Virus record (IMG/VR): IMGVR_UViG_3300014720_000002 | Direction: 5' to 3' (one strand) | From: a virus | Length of the DNA stretch: 64,000 bases | In this document: positions 15,132 through 24,247 of the stretch, piece after piece | Position numbering within the stretch: position 1 is the stretch's first letter | Layout: each line of letters opens with the position of its first letter | Position numbers and translations under genes: made by a program | Notes under the pieces: generated by a model | What the model was told of the DNA's origin: nothing | What the model saw: the letters and a program-made list of their open reading frames with translations, nothing else | Databases searched by the model: none

Positions 15132-18130
15132 AAGCCATCGACCTGATGGTGAAGAGCCTCCTGCCGCCGGACCTCTACGACCCGGCGCGGCGCTACAACA
15201 AGAAGGGCATCGACGCCCTGCTGGCCGAAGTCGCGCGCCGCTATCCTGACCGCTATGCCGACATCGCTGAGGGGCTGGCGGACCTGGGGCGCAACACCGC
15301 CTACTTCCAGGGCGAGACGCTGACGCTGGCGGACATGAAGGCGCCGTTCAACAAGCAGGAGGAGTTCGCCAAGATGGACGCGGAACTGGGCGCCGTGGAG
15401 CACAGCGACCTGAAGGATGACGAGAAGCGTCAGCAACGGCTCAAGATCTGGGAGCGGTATGCCGGCCAGTTGGAGAAGCAGACGGTGGACGCGTCCATCC
15501 GTGCCGGCAGCAACCTGGCCAACACCGTGGTGTCCGGGGCGCGCGGCAATCCATTCCAGTTGAAGGCGATGGTCACCACACCTGCACTCTACACCGACTA
15601 CCGCGACCGCCCGGTCGAGTTGTTTGTGCGCAACAGCTTTGGCGAAGGACTGCGCCCGGCCGAGTATCTGGCCTCTACGTTCGGTGTGCGCAAGTCCGTC
15701 ATCTCGACAAAAAACCTCACGGCCGAAGGCGGAGACATGCTCAAGCAGTTGATGCAGGTGTCCACGCCGCTCATCGTCACCGCCAAGGACTGCGACACCA
15801 CCAACGGCCTGGACTTCGCCGCCGATGACGACGCGCTGCGTGGCCGCATCCTGGGCCAACCTGCCGCTGGCATTCCCGCCGGCACGCCCATCGACCGCGA
15901 GGTGATGAACAAGCTGCGCCAGGCCAAGGTGAAGACGGTGATCGCGCGCAGCCCGATGACCTGTCAGGCGAAAGAGGGCATCTGCTCCAAGTGCCTTGGC
16001 CTGCTGCCGGAAGGCAAGCTGGCGCCGCTGGGTTATGCGGCCGGGATTACGGCCGCGCAGGCCACAGGTGAACCGGTGACGCAGGGGGCTCTTAACTGCT
16101 TGGTGGAAGGGACGCTGGTGCGGATGGCTGATTTTTCGGTGCGTCCTATTGAATCTGTGCGCGTAGGTGACTGGGTGCTTGGGTCGGATAAACAAGGCCA
16201 GACCTTTCCGGTAGAAGTCATAGGTAAGTGGGACCAAGGGTTGCAATCAGCCCACGAGTTCTCGTATCGCATGGGTAACACCAGAAGGTTGTTGACGTTG
16301 CAAGCTACCGTCGAACATCCATTGCTCTCCAACAAGAAGGTGTATGGTAATCACAAATCACCGAACAACCGCAGGGTAGTGATGTTGAAGGCAGGTTATC
16401 CACATAAGAACCTTGGGGTGGTTTTGCCAGTAGATAACAAACATGCAGGCGTGGACGAGCCATTGGCTATGCTGGTCGGCGTTTGGCTTGGCGATGGAAT
16501 TCGCAACGGACCCGACAACCCTGAGTTGAGAATGTCGTGCGCTGATGCTACGCAGATGCAGAGACTTGGAGAGATTTACGCGGCCCTTAATCTCAAGTTC
16601 ACTAAAAGAAAAAGATCGTTTGACTGGGGCATAACCCAATTAAAAGACAGCGTGCGGCAGGATGAAAAAACCGGTCGGCTTGTAGCTGGGCTAAGGAATA
16701 CCATAAAGCTGCGGCTGGAGCAGATGCGACTACTTCGTTGCTACGCGCACGAAAAGTTCATACCCCGCGAGGTGTGGAATTGGAATCAGTCCAGCATAAC
16801 CAGCCTAGTGGCTGGTTATTTGGCCACCGACGGCAGCGTGTATCGTAACAAAGAGGGGCACGTAGGTCTGAGCTTTGGGTCAGTGTCCAAGCAACTTCTG
16901 GAGGATCTTCGCGAGCTTTTAGCTGTCCGGCTGTGTGTGTATGGCTCGGAAATTAGCTGCACAGGAGAGGCTGGTAGCGGAAATCGCGTGCACGCCATGT
17001 GGCAGTTTTACATCACACGTCACGATCAAGTCGAAAGGCTGGCGTCCCTGATTCCAGAAATACCCGGCGTCAAGGACGCTCGGCTTCGTCAGTATCTGCG
17101 TGAGGTAACTTACGCCAAGCAACACACTGAGGGATTTTATCGGGCGCTGAGGGTGGGCATTGTTCCGATCGGACCACAGCAATGCTGGGATTTGACCGTG
17201 GATCATCCTGACCATCTGTTCGTCCTGGCCAGCGGCATCATCTGCAGCAACACCAAACATTCCGGCGGCGGATTCTCCGGTGGCAAGAAGCAGTTCGCCG
17301 GACTGCCCATCATCACGCAGTTCATCCAATCGCCCGAGGTGTTCCCACATCGCGCGGCCACTGCCCACCTGGACGGACGGGTGGAGGCCATCGACGAGGC
17401 GCCCCAGGGTGGCACGTTCATCACGGTGGCCGGACAGCAGCACTTTGCCCTGCCTGGTTACGAGCCGACGGTGAAGGTGGGCGATGAGGTCGAGGCCGGG
17501 GATTCGTTGAGTGAGGGCATTGTCGATCCCGCCGACGTGGTGAATTTCCGCGGGCTGGGCGAGGCCCGTCGCTACTACGCTGACCGGCTGGGGCAGATCC
17601 TTTCCGACAGCGGTGCCGGCAATCCTTCCAAGCTGAACATGGAGACGCTGGCCCGCGCCACGCTGGACCATGTGCGGGTCAACGACCCAGACGGGCTGGG
17701 CGACTATCTGGTGGATGACCTCGCCTCCTACAACCGGGTGGCGCCGGACTATTCGCCGCCGGCGGACACCAAGCCATTGTCGCTGGAGAAGGCCAAGGGG
17801 ATGTATCTCCAGTCACCAGCCCTGCACTACACCATCGGCACCCGGCTCACACCCCGGATGCTCAAGCATCTCGGCACGGTGGGTTTCCAGCAGGTCAACG
17901 CAAGCCCCACGGCGCCCACCTTCACCCCGGAGATGGTCCGGCTGCGGGGCGCCAACTTCAGCAACCCCGACTGGCTGGCCAAGCTGGACACGAGCTACCT
18001 CTCCACCAACCTGGCCGGCGATGCCGCGCGTGCGCGCGATACCGACGTGGGGGAGAATGTTCACTTTGCGCCGCGCCTGGCGGTTGGTGTAGGCTTCGGC
18101 CAGAAGGTCGAGCAGACGGGCAAGTTCTGA
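15128..18130 (+). CDS. rpoC: Phage RNA polymerase beta' subunit, C-terminal half, intein-containing
   Basis: VVSGARG, NSFGEGL, bridge helix STFGVRK...T, Zn site (DC...RSPMTC...GICSKC), trigger loop AAQATGEPVTQGALN|TKHSGG, VKVGDEVEAGDSLSEG. Confidence 0.95.
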   Translation: MKAIDLMVKSLLPPDLYDPARRYNKKGIDALLAEVARRYPDRYADIAEGLADLGRNTAYFQGETLTLADMKAPFNKQEEFAKMDAELGAVEHSDLKDDEKRQQRLKIWERYAGQLEKQTVDASIRAGSNLANTVVSGARGNPFQLKAMVTTPALYTDYRDRPVELFVRNSFGEGLRPAEYLASTFGVRKSVISTKNLTAEGGDMLKQLMQVSTPLIVTAKDCDTTNGLDFAADDDALRGRILGQPAAGIPAGTPIDREVMNKLRQAKVKTVIARSPMTCQAKEGICSKCLGLLPEGKLAPLGYAAGITAAQATGEPVTQGALNCLVEGTLVRMADFSVRPIESVRVGDWVLGSDKQGQTFPVEVIGKWDQGLQSAHEFSYRMGNTRRLLTLQATVEHPLLSNKKVYGNHKSPNNRRVVMLKAGYPHKNLGVVLPVDNKHAGVDEPLAMLVGVWLGDGIRNGPDNPELRMSCADATQMQRLGEIYAALNLKFTKRKRSFDWGITQLKDSVRQDEKTGRLVAGLRNTIKLRLEQMRLLRCYAHEKFIPREVWNWNQSSITSLVAGYLATDGSVYRNKEGHVGLSFGSVSKQLLEDLRELLAVRLCVYGSEISCTGEAGSGNRVHAMWQFYITRHDQVERLASLIPEIPGVKDARLRQYLREVTYAKQHTEGFYRALRVGIVPIGPQQCWDLTVDHPDHLFVLASGIICSNTKHSGGGFSGGKKQFAGLPIITQFIQSPEVFPHRAATAHLDGRVEAIDEAPQGGTFITVAGQQHFALPGYEPTVKVGDEVEAGDSLSEGIVDPADVVNFRGLGEARRYYADRLGQILSDSGAGNPSKLNMETLARATLDHVRVNDPDGLGDYLVDDLASYNRVAPDYSPPADTKPLSLEKAKGMYLQSPALHYTIGTRLTPRMLKHLGTVGFQQVNASPTAPTFTPEMVRLRGANFSNPDWLAKLDTSYLSTNLAGDAARARDTDVGENVHFAPRLAVGVGFGQKVEQTGKF
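16097..17251 (+). mobile_element. Intein (385 aa) with LAGLIDADG endonuclease in the trigger loop
   Basis: CLVEGTLV start, ATVEHP block B, LVGVWLGDG and VAGYLATDG endonuclease blocks, CWDLTV...LFVLASGIICSN|T end. Lower GC than its flanks. Confidence 0.95.
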
Positions 18131-18145
18131 TAACCTTCTGAGCAA

Positions 18146-18697
18146 ATGAACCACTTGACCAAGCTCTCGTTCGTGAAGGCGTCGCTGACGGCGGACACGG
18201 CGCTCATGGGTGCATCCATCATTCCCGGATTTGTGGGCGCTGGTGCCAGTCTGGGACAAGCTGGGCTGAATTTTTCACGGGGCAATTACTGGAGTGGTCT
18301 GGGTAATGCGGCCTTTGCGCCATTGGCATTTTTCGGCGGTGGTGCAATGCTGGCCGGACTGAAAGGGACTGTGCGTGGCGCCAAGGCGCTGGCGGGTTTC
18401 AAGAAGACTGCTCCTGGTCTGAGTGGCGTCGCCAAGAACATGATGGTGCCGACCATGGGTGCCAACTCGGCGCTGGGTAAGACAATCGTCAATCGTCCTG
18501 GCATGGCGACGGTGGCGGGCTTGGGTGCGCCGGCTCTGGCTAACTCCGCCCAAGGTATCGCCGACGACGCCAAGCAGATGAACCTGACCCGTCAGCAATG
18601 GAGCGGTGCGTTCTCAAACTTTATGGACGGACGGCGCGGCGAAGCACATGACCCCGTCAACGCCGGCGCCACCGGGAATCCTAATCTTTACACCTGA
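18146..18697 (+). CDS. Gly/Ala-rich hydrophobic protein (putative internal head protein)
   Basis: Gly-rich amphipathic and hydrophobic helices. First of three similar genes ahead of the head module. Confidence 0.6.
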   Translation: MNHLTKLSFVKASLTADTALMGASIIPGFVGAGASLGQAGLNFSRGNYWSGLGNAAFAPLAFFGGGAMLAGLKGTVRGAKALAGFKKTAPGLSGVAKNMMVPTMGANSALGKTIVNRPGMATVAGLGAPALANSAQGIADDAKQMNLTRQQWSGAFSNFMDGRRGEAHDPVNAGATGNPNLYT

Positions 18698-18729
18698 CCC
18701 TGCTTCCATTACCGTCGCCCAGCATCAGT

Positions 18730-19398
18730 ATGAGCAACCTCGCCAAGAAAGCTTTTGCCGAAGGATTCGCACGGCGCCAGCAACAGCTTGCCTCCGGCCT
18801 GGTGAAGTCGGCCATCCCCTCGCGCGCCGGCATGTTCATCGATCCCCGGCGCGCAGCGTATGTGGAGGCGCTCGGGCGTGATCTTTTCAAGAAGGTCAAG
18901 ACGGACAAGGGTCTGTTGAGCGGTCTGCGCGCTTCCATGCTGGGTGGCTATGAGGGTTACGACCGGCTGGGCTGGGCACAGCGCAACTACGTGGACAGCA
19001 TGCGCGCTCTTCAGAAGAAGCTCCGCGCCGCCCGTTCCGTGGGCAGCACGTCGGCTGAGCGCGCGATCCAGGCCGAGATGTCCCGGGCAAAGACGACGTT
19101 CAACGACACGAGCAAGCGGCTCTATCAGGAAGTTGGCACCACGGCGGAAGCGCGCATGCCGTTGATCGACACCGCCCTGCCGGCTGCTGGTGCCGCTGGT
19201 CTGGCCGGCGCTGGCGCACTGGGGATCGGCAATGTCACGGGTGCCAACTCGCAGCGCTGGGAGGATTACAACCACCAGGCGCAGATGCCGCTGCTCGAAC
19301 GGCTCCGTAATGTTTTCGCGCCGCAATCTGTGGCGCGTGATCAGTTCAATTCCTCCACGATGCCTCGTGGAGCCATGCCCAACTCGAATCACCAATGA
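18730..19398 (+). CDS. Putative internal head protein with KxA leader
   Basis: LAKKAFAEGF...GLVKSAIP, and a C-terminal AAGAAGLAGAGALG segment. Confidence 0.6.
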   Translation: MSNLAKKAFAEGFARRQQQLASGLVKSAIPSRAGMFIDPRRAAYVEALGRDLFKKVKTDKGLLSGLRASMLGGYEGYDRLGWAQRNYVDSMRALQKKLRAARSVGSTSAERAIQAEMSRAKTTFNDTSKRLYQEVGTTAEARMPLIDTALPAAGAAGLAGAGALGIGNVTGANSQRWEDYNHQAQMPLLERLRNVFAPQSVARDQFNSSTMPRGAMPNSNHQ

Positions 19399-20408
19399 AG
19401 ACTCTTCTCCCGGCAATCTATCTCGCCAACCGCAACCAGATGGTGAAGGAGGCCGACATGGCCGGTCTGCTTGGGCGTGGGCTCGGCTATGCCTTTCGTG
19501 GCGGTGCCGCTGCACCCGGACTTGCGCGGCGTGGGCTTGCCGCCACAGCCCGAGGTGTTGAAGCCATGCCCGGTCTGGCTCGGCAAGGTCTGCGTTCTAC
19601 CGCGCAGTTCGTCGAGAACATGCCTGGGCGCGTTGCTCGGGGTCCGGTTGGAAATGCTTACCGCTCTGGTGTGGCAAATTTTCGTGAAGGTGCCGGTTTT
19701 TCTTTGTCGCCGGACCAGGCTTGGCTGAGAATGACGCAGCGTGGAGATCAGTTTGCGCGCAGCCAGACGCCCTGGTTGCAGCGTTCAGTAGGCTTCAACT
19801 CCAATGGACTGGCGACCTTGGCTGGCACAGGGGCGGTAGGTGCTGGCGTGAGCGGATGGAACAGCCACCAGCTTGGATCTGACTGGGGGCAACAGACACT
19901 CCAGGCTGGCCGTGGCATGGCGCCTAGTTTCCACATGCCGGGCATTCAGTCGCCGGTGCAGATGAGTGTCCGTTCGCCGTTCAAGAGCGCAAGCTGGACC
20001 GGGCATTGGGTGAAGGTGGCAGGCACTCCGCTTCAGACCGGTATTCAGATAGCCATGCAAAAGACGGCACCCGCCTTGGGGGCCGCTGGAAAAGCTCTTA
20101 CACCCGCAATGGAGGCGGCCAAGCAAAGTCTCCCTTATCTGATGCCGCACAGGTCGTGGCTGAAGCACACACCCGAGGCAATCCGCCCTTATGCGATGGG
20201 CGCCCTCACCAGCGGCCCCGGACGCTGGATTCAAGATAATCCTGGCACGTCCGGTCTCATAGCCGGTGCCGGCCTCATGCGTGGCGGCGAATATGCGCGC
20301 AACACCGTCCGTGAAAACCGCATCGCCAACCTGAGCCCGATGGAACGGCTGATGATGGCGGGCGGGCTGATCTTCAACCCGCAGAGTGTCGCCAGCCGGC
20401 TCTACTAA
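19395..20408 (+). CDS. Gly/Arg/Ala-rich putative internal head protein with KxA sites
   Basis: QMVKEAD, PFKSAS, WVKVAG, with Gly-rich hydrophobic segments. Confidence 0.6.
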   Translation: MKTLLPAIYLANRNQMVKEADMAGLLGRGLGYAFRGGAAAPGLARRGLAATARGVEAMPGLARQGLRSTAQFVENMPGRVARGPVGNAYRSGVANFREGAGFSLSPDQAWLRMTQRGDQFARSQTPWLQRSVGFNSNGLATLAGTGAVGAGVSGWNSHQLGSDWGQQTLQAGRGMAPSFHMPGIQSPVQMSVRSPFKSASWTGHWVKVAGTPLQTGIQIAMQKTAPALGAAGKALTPAMEAAKQSLPYLMPHRSWLKHTPEAIRPYAMGALTSGPGRWIQDNPGTSGLIAGAGLMRGGEYARNTVRENRIANLSPMERLMMAGGLIFNPQSVASRLY

Positions 20409-20417
20409 CGCAATCTC

Positions 20418-22988
20418 ATGACAGCAACTCTCGACCAGCAGTGGCGCAAGCTCGCGGCGGCCACCGTCACCGCGCCGCGCGAGGAAGTGGAGCGCACCTT
20501 CGCCGACCTGGCCTACACCGTGGTCCAGAACAAGGCCGCCCCGCTCATGCGCCCTGGCTTCCGCGTGGGCTTCGAGATCGTGTTCACCAACGACCAGAAC
20601 ACGCGCATGGTCGGCATCTTCGTGTTCAAGGTTGGTCCGGCGATCTTCTACGTGCCGACCTTCTTCATCAATGGCGCGGTCAAGGGCGCCGAGATGATCT
20701 ACCGGGTCAAGGAGCAGCGCATCGTGCCGCTCACGCCCGAGTGGGCCGACTTCCTGGTGAACCTGCATCCCCGGGCCGAAGGCGTGGATGTGCCCACCTC
20801 CGACCGTGCGAACTACGGCGCGCAGATGGACCTTCGTTCGCTGGCCGCGCCGACGTATGCGGGGATGAAGGGCGTCGCCTTCGACAAGCAGGCGGCTGAA
20901 AACTGCGCGACCGCTGTGCTGCAGGAGATCGACCGTCAGTTGGATCTCAAGCAGGAGATGGGCGCTGACTTCAAGGGCGCACATGCCATCACCATGAAGA
21001 GCGGCGAACCGCTGCTCAATGTCTGGCTGGCCAAGCAGGCTTGGGGGGTGAAGATCGCCGAGGCGGATTACCGCCGGCCGGCCAAGGAGTTGGCCGCTGA
21101 CATCATCGCTGATCTGCGTGCCCAGGCCGATCCTGCCGCCACCATCAAGGCCGCGCGCCAGGGCGCCCATGCCCAGTTCAAGACATGGATGGAGATGCCG
21201 GTCAAGCAGGCCGCCGAGGAAGGCGTGTCCGTGCTGCGCCGCTTTGTGCTGGAGTCCGGCGGGCGCAGCGCCATGCGGAAGATCGCCAACACCGTCCAGG
21301 CGTCCCGCCCGTTTGCTGAGGCGCTCTATCTCGGGTCCGAGGAAGCGAACTACAGCCCGGATATCCCGGAGCAGGAAAAGCAGGCATCCGGCCCGCAGGC
21401 TGTGCTCATCGCCCATCTCAACCCGCTGGACAACGCTGCGGTCAAGCAAGCGTCAGCGGAGCAGATCCGGGAGGGCTTTGTGATCGAGGATCTCCGCAAG
21501 GAGGCTGAGGTCAACGTCGAGGTGGCGGATGACACGCGCTCCGAATTGCAGACCATCGCCGAGCCGGGCCAGTATGACGTGCTCATGGCGGGCGGCATCA
21601 TGCGTCCGGCCTTGGTGGGTTACTCCGACCAGTCCGACCTGCTTCACACCCGGCCTGGCAGCGGTAGCTGTTCGCCTGCTCCCTGCAGCCCTGTTTCGAT
21701 CCAGCAGTCCGACATCGTGCTGGTGGACCTGGAGACCGGCGAGTCGCGCTCGATCTGGAATTCGCGCGGCACCAACCCGCTGCATGGGCGCGGCGACGGC
21801 AAGGTGGAGACAGACAAGCTGATCGCCATGCCTTCGGCCGGCAAGTGCTACCGCCTGTGGGACTCGGAGAAGCAGACGCTGTCTCAGCCCTTCTACGTCC
21901 GCCGGGTGGACGACAAGGAGATGGGCCTGAAGCGCATCCAGATCTTCACCGGCTCCTGGCTCTATCGCGGCGAGCCCGGCACGCTGCTCTGGATCAACCC
22001 TGACTTCGACGGCGTCAACGTGGCGGAGAAGGTCATCGGCAACTGCTGCAAATTCATCGAGGTTGCGGCCAAGGTGGAGAAGCGCGAGTCCAACGCCACC
22101 GGACTGGCGCCCGCTACCGTTGCCACCAGCGGCAACCTGGCGGCGGTCAACCAGCTTCTCCTCGACCAGGATCTCAATGTGGCTTACGTCGGCGAGGCCA
22201 CACTCACTCCGGGTGATGGCTACGCGCTGGCGCAGATGATCTTCGGCGCTGGCTACAAGCGGGCCAGCCTGCAGTTGGCCGAAGGCGGCCGGTTCGTGGT
22301 TGAACTGGAGAGCGGCGTCAAGCTGGCTTCCCGGTTCAACCGTTTCGGCGCGCTGATGACACTCATGTCCCGCTGTGCCCTGCGCGAGAAGCTCGCCCGG
22401 ACGCTGGTGGAGCGCGCGGAGAATTCCGGCGTGGTCCGGTTCTTCTACCAGCCGTTCGAGAAGCTCGCCACCAACCTCGGCGTCAGCTTCCCTGAGTTCG
22501 AGCAGTATGTGAACGAGGACTTCGGTGTGCCGGCGGAAGGCAGTTCCATGCAGGCGGTGCAGGTGGACTCCACGCCTGTCGAAGTGCCGCAGCAGCGCAT
22601 CGGTGACCGCTGGAGCCTGGAGACGGGCGACACCACGGACACCATCGACGCCCAGCTTCCCGTCCAGTTGTGGGACATGTCCAAGTCCATGGGCCTGCCC
22701 AACCTGTTCGAGCACGGCGTGGTGGGCACGCTGGTCAACACCTACGACTCGGTCGGCATGGTGGACAAGTGGCTGCCCGACCTGGAGCAGGCCCTTGACC
22801 GGATCGGCCGGCTGCTCTTCCTCATCTACTGGAAGCCAGAGGATTTTGCCTCGGCCTACGGTAGCGACGACCAGACTGCGCTGGAGAACAAGGCGCTCTC
22901 CACCTTCAAGGCTTTCGGTGATCTCACCCTGGAACTAATGCTCAAGAACCGCGAGCACCAGCGTGGCTCGCCGGGCTTGATGTCCTGA
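20418..22988 (+). CDS. Large head-associated protein (856 aa), KxA-rich; function unknown
   Basis: Folded-looking N-domain (VGFEIV...VGIFVF...FYVPTFFINGAVKG). About 17 of 40 Lys are in K-x-A by hand count. Confidence 0.65.
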   Translation: MTATLDQQWRKLAAATVTAPREEVERTFADLAYTVVQNKAAPLMRPGFRVGFEIVFTNDQNTRMVGIFVFKVGPAIFYVPTFFINGAVKGAEMIYRVKEQRIVPLTPEWADFLVNLHPRAEGVDVPTSDRANYGAQMDLRSLAAPTYAGMKGVAFDKQAAENCATAVLQEIDRQLDLKQEMGADFKGAHAITMKSGEPLLNVWLAKQAWGVKIAEADYRRPAKELAADIIADLRAQADPAATIKAARQGAHAQFKTWMEMPVKQAAEEGVSVLRRFVLESGGRSAMRKIANTVQASRPFAEALYLGSEEANYSPDIPEQEKQASGPQAVLIAHLNPLDNAAVKQASAEQIREGFVIEDLRKEAEVNVEVADDTRSELQTIAEPGQYDVLMAGGIMRPALVGYSDQSDLLHTRPGSGSCSPAPCSPVSIQQSDIVLVDLETGESRSIWNSRGTNPLHGRGDGKVETDKLIAMPSAGKCYRLWDSEKQTLSQPFYVRRVDDKEMGLKRIQIFTGSWLYRGEPGTLLWINPDFDGVNVAEKVIGNCCKFIEVAAKVEKRESNATGLAPATVATSGNLAAVNQLLLDQDLNVAYVGEATLTPGDGYALAQMIFGAGYKRASLQLAEGGRFVVELESGVKLASRFNRFGALMTLMSRCALREKLARTLVERAENSGVVRFFYQPFEKLATNLGVSFPEFEQYVNEDFGVPAEGSSMQAVQVDSTPVEVPQQRIGDRWSLETGDTTDTIDAQLPVQLWDMSKSMGLPNLFEHGVVGTLVNTYDSVGMVDKWLPDLEQALDRIGRLLFLIYWKPEDFASAYGSDDQTALENKALSTFKAFGDLTLELMLKNREHQRGSPGLMS

Positions 22989-22991
22989 GCC

Positions 22992-23216
22992 ATGCGCACG
23001 CGCAGGTTTCAACTCTTCGGCCGCTGGTGGATGGTGCATCTGACCACCACCGCACCCTGGCTGACTGTCCATCGAGGACAACACTGCATCTGCGATGTGC
23101 TGCATCGCCTGACCTGTATCCACCATGAACCGGCTTCAAGTAACCCGACTGGCCCAGCTTCTCCCAGAAGGCTGCACCTATCTCCGATCACTTCCAGCCG
23201 CCCCGAGGCGGCTTGA
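22992..23216 (+). CDS. Possible small His/Cys-rich protein
   Basis: ATG 4 nt after the previous stop. Its 3' part overlaps the next gene, so it is doubtful. Confidence 0.3.
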   Translation: MRTRRFQLFGRWWMVHLTTTAPWLTVHRGQHCICDVLHRLTCIHHEPASSNPTGPASPRRLHLSPITSSRPEAA

Positions 23217-24174
23217 TCCCAACACGGACGGACTGGTGGACCGGCTGGTGTTCTGCCTGCATGATCCCCAGGTCGGCTTCCGTTTTGTGCAGGCGCACAT
23301 CGAGATGGGCGTGCCAATGGATCCGACCATCAACGAGGAGTCGCTGCACCTGGCCTACAACTACATGAAATGCACGGACACGGAGCACCAGCATTTCATG
23401 ACGGCCTATGCCCTGCACATGAACCATCCGCAGAGCGGCGTGCTGGGCAGCCTGGTGCGTGCCTACCTGATCTGCCCGGACATCAGCTACCAGAAGATCA
23501 GTTCCGACCTGAAGGTGCCGGTGGCGGCGGTGCGGCTCTTCGAGGAACTGTTCTTCAACGTCCGCGACCGGATGGACGAGCCGGCCTATATTCACGGCGT
23601 GGTGTTCCCTGAGACCCGCATGCCTATCATGCGTCCGGGCTATGGTGACCGTGAGGATCCTCGCCTCATCGTGCTGCGCATGGCCTACGATCACGGGATC
23701 GAGCCGGCCATGGCGGTGTCCGGCCGTCGGTCGGCCATGACGCAGGAACACAACTCCTCGGATTCGGCGTTGCGTGTGGAAGGTTCCATCATGAGCACGG
23801 CGCTCACCCAGGCGCGCATCGGCATGGGCAGCGGCGCGGCCCTCAGCCACGCCCGGCAGATGATCTCGGCGGCCAAGATCGGCGGGCAGGAGCAGGGCAA
23901 TGACGGGCGCATCTCCGGGCTGGAGTCGGTGGCCAATCGGCATCCGGTCTCAGATGAGATCAAAGCCTACAACAATCCGGACACCCGCGCGCGGTTGTTG
24001 AACGAGTCGTTCAGCGAGGTGGCGAAGAAATCGCCGGACGCCCTCATGCTGCCTGACCAGTTACCGTCGCGCCGTCCTGACTATCAGCCAGGCGTGGCGC
24101 CGGAACTCATCGCCAAGCTGCGCAGTGCCGGAATCAAGAAAGAGGCGGCCAAGGCACAGCCAGTCAAGGCTTAG
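23125..24174 (+). CDS. Hypothetical protein with HTH-like segment
   Basis: ISYQKISSDLKVPVAAVRLFEELFFNVRDRM resembles a helix-turn-helix. Typical codon usage. Confidence 0.6.
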   Translation: MNRLQVTRLAQLLPEGCTYLRSLPAAPRRLDPNTDGLVDRLVFCLHDPQVGFRFVQAHIEMGVPMDPTINEESLHLAYNYMKCTDTEHQHFMTAYALHMNHPQSGVLGSLVRAYLICPDISYQKISSDLKVPVAAVRLFEELFFNVRDRMDEPAYIHGVVFPETRMPIMRPGYGDREDPRLIVLRMAYDHGIEPAMAVSGRRSAMTQEHNSSDSALRVEGSIMSTALTQARIGMGSGAALSHARQMISAAKIGGQEQGNDGRISGLESVANRHPVSDEIKAYNNPDTRARLLNESFSEVAKKSPDALMLPDQLPSRRPDYQPGVAPELIAKLRSAGIKKEAAKAQPVKA

Positions 24175-24192
24175 AGGTCAAGCTCAATTTGG

Positions 24193-24223
24193 GCTTGTTA
24201 AAGCCAACCACGCTGCCTATTGT
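24193..24223 (+). promoter_or_regulatory. Putative promoter GC-TTGTTA-N17-TATTGT
   Basis: Best sigma70-like match in the window, in an AT-richer intergenic gap ahead of the head genes. Confidence 0.6.
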
Positions 24224-24247
24224 GGCCCAACGCAGTGGCTATGGCTT

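Noticed and set aside
1-18130. Cellular (cyanobacterial/plastid) rpoC1-rpoC2 locus
   Set aside because: There are no neighbouring rpoB-operon or ribosomal protein genes, the motifs are divergent, the halves are 13 kb apart, and they are surrounded by virion genes.
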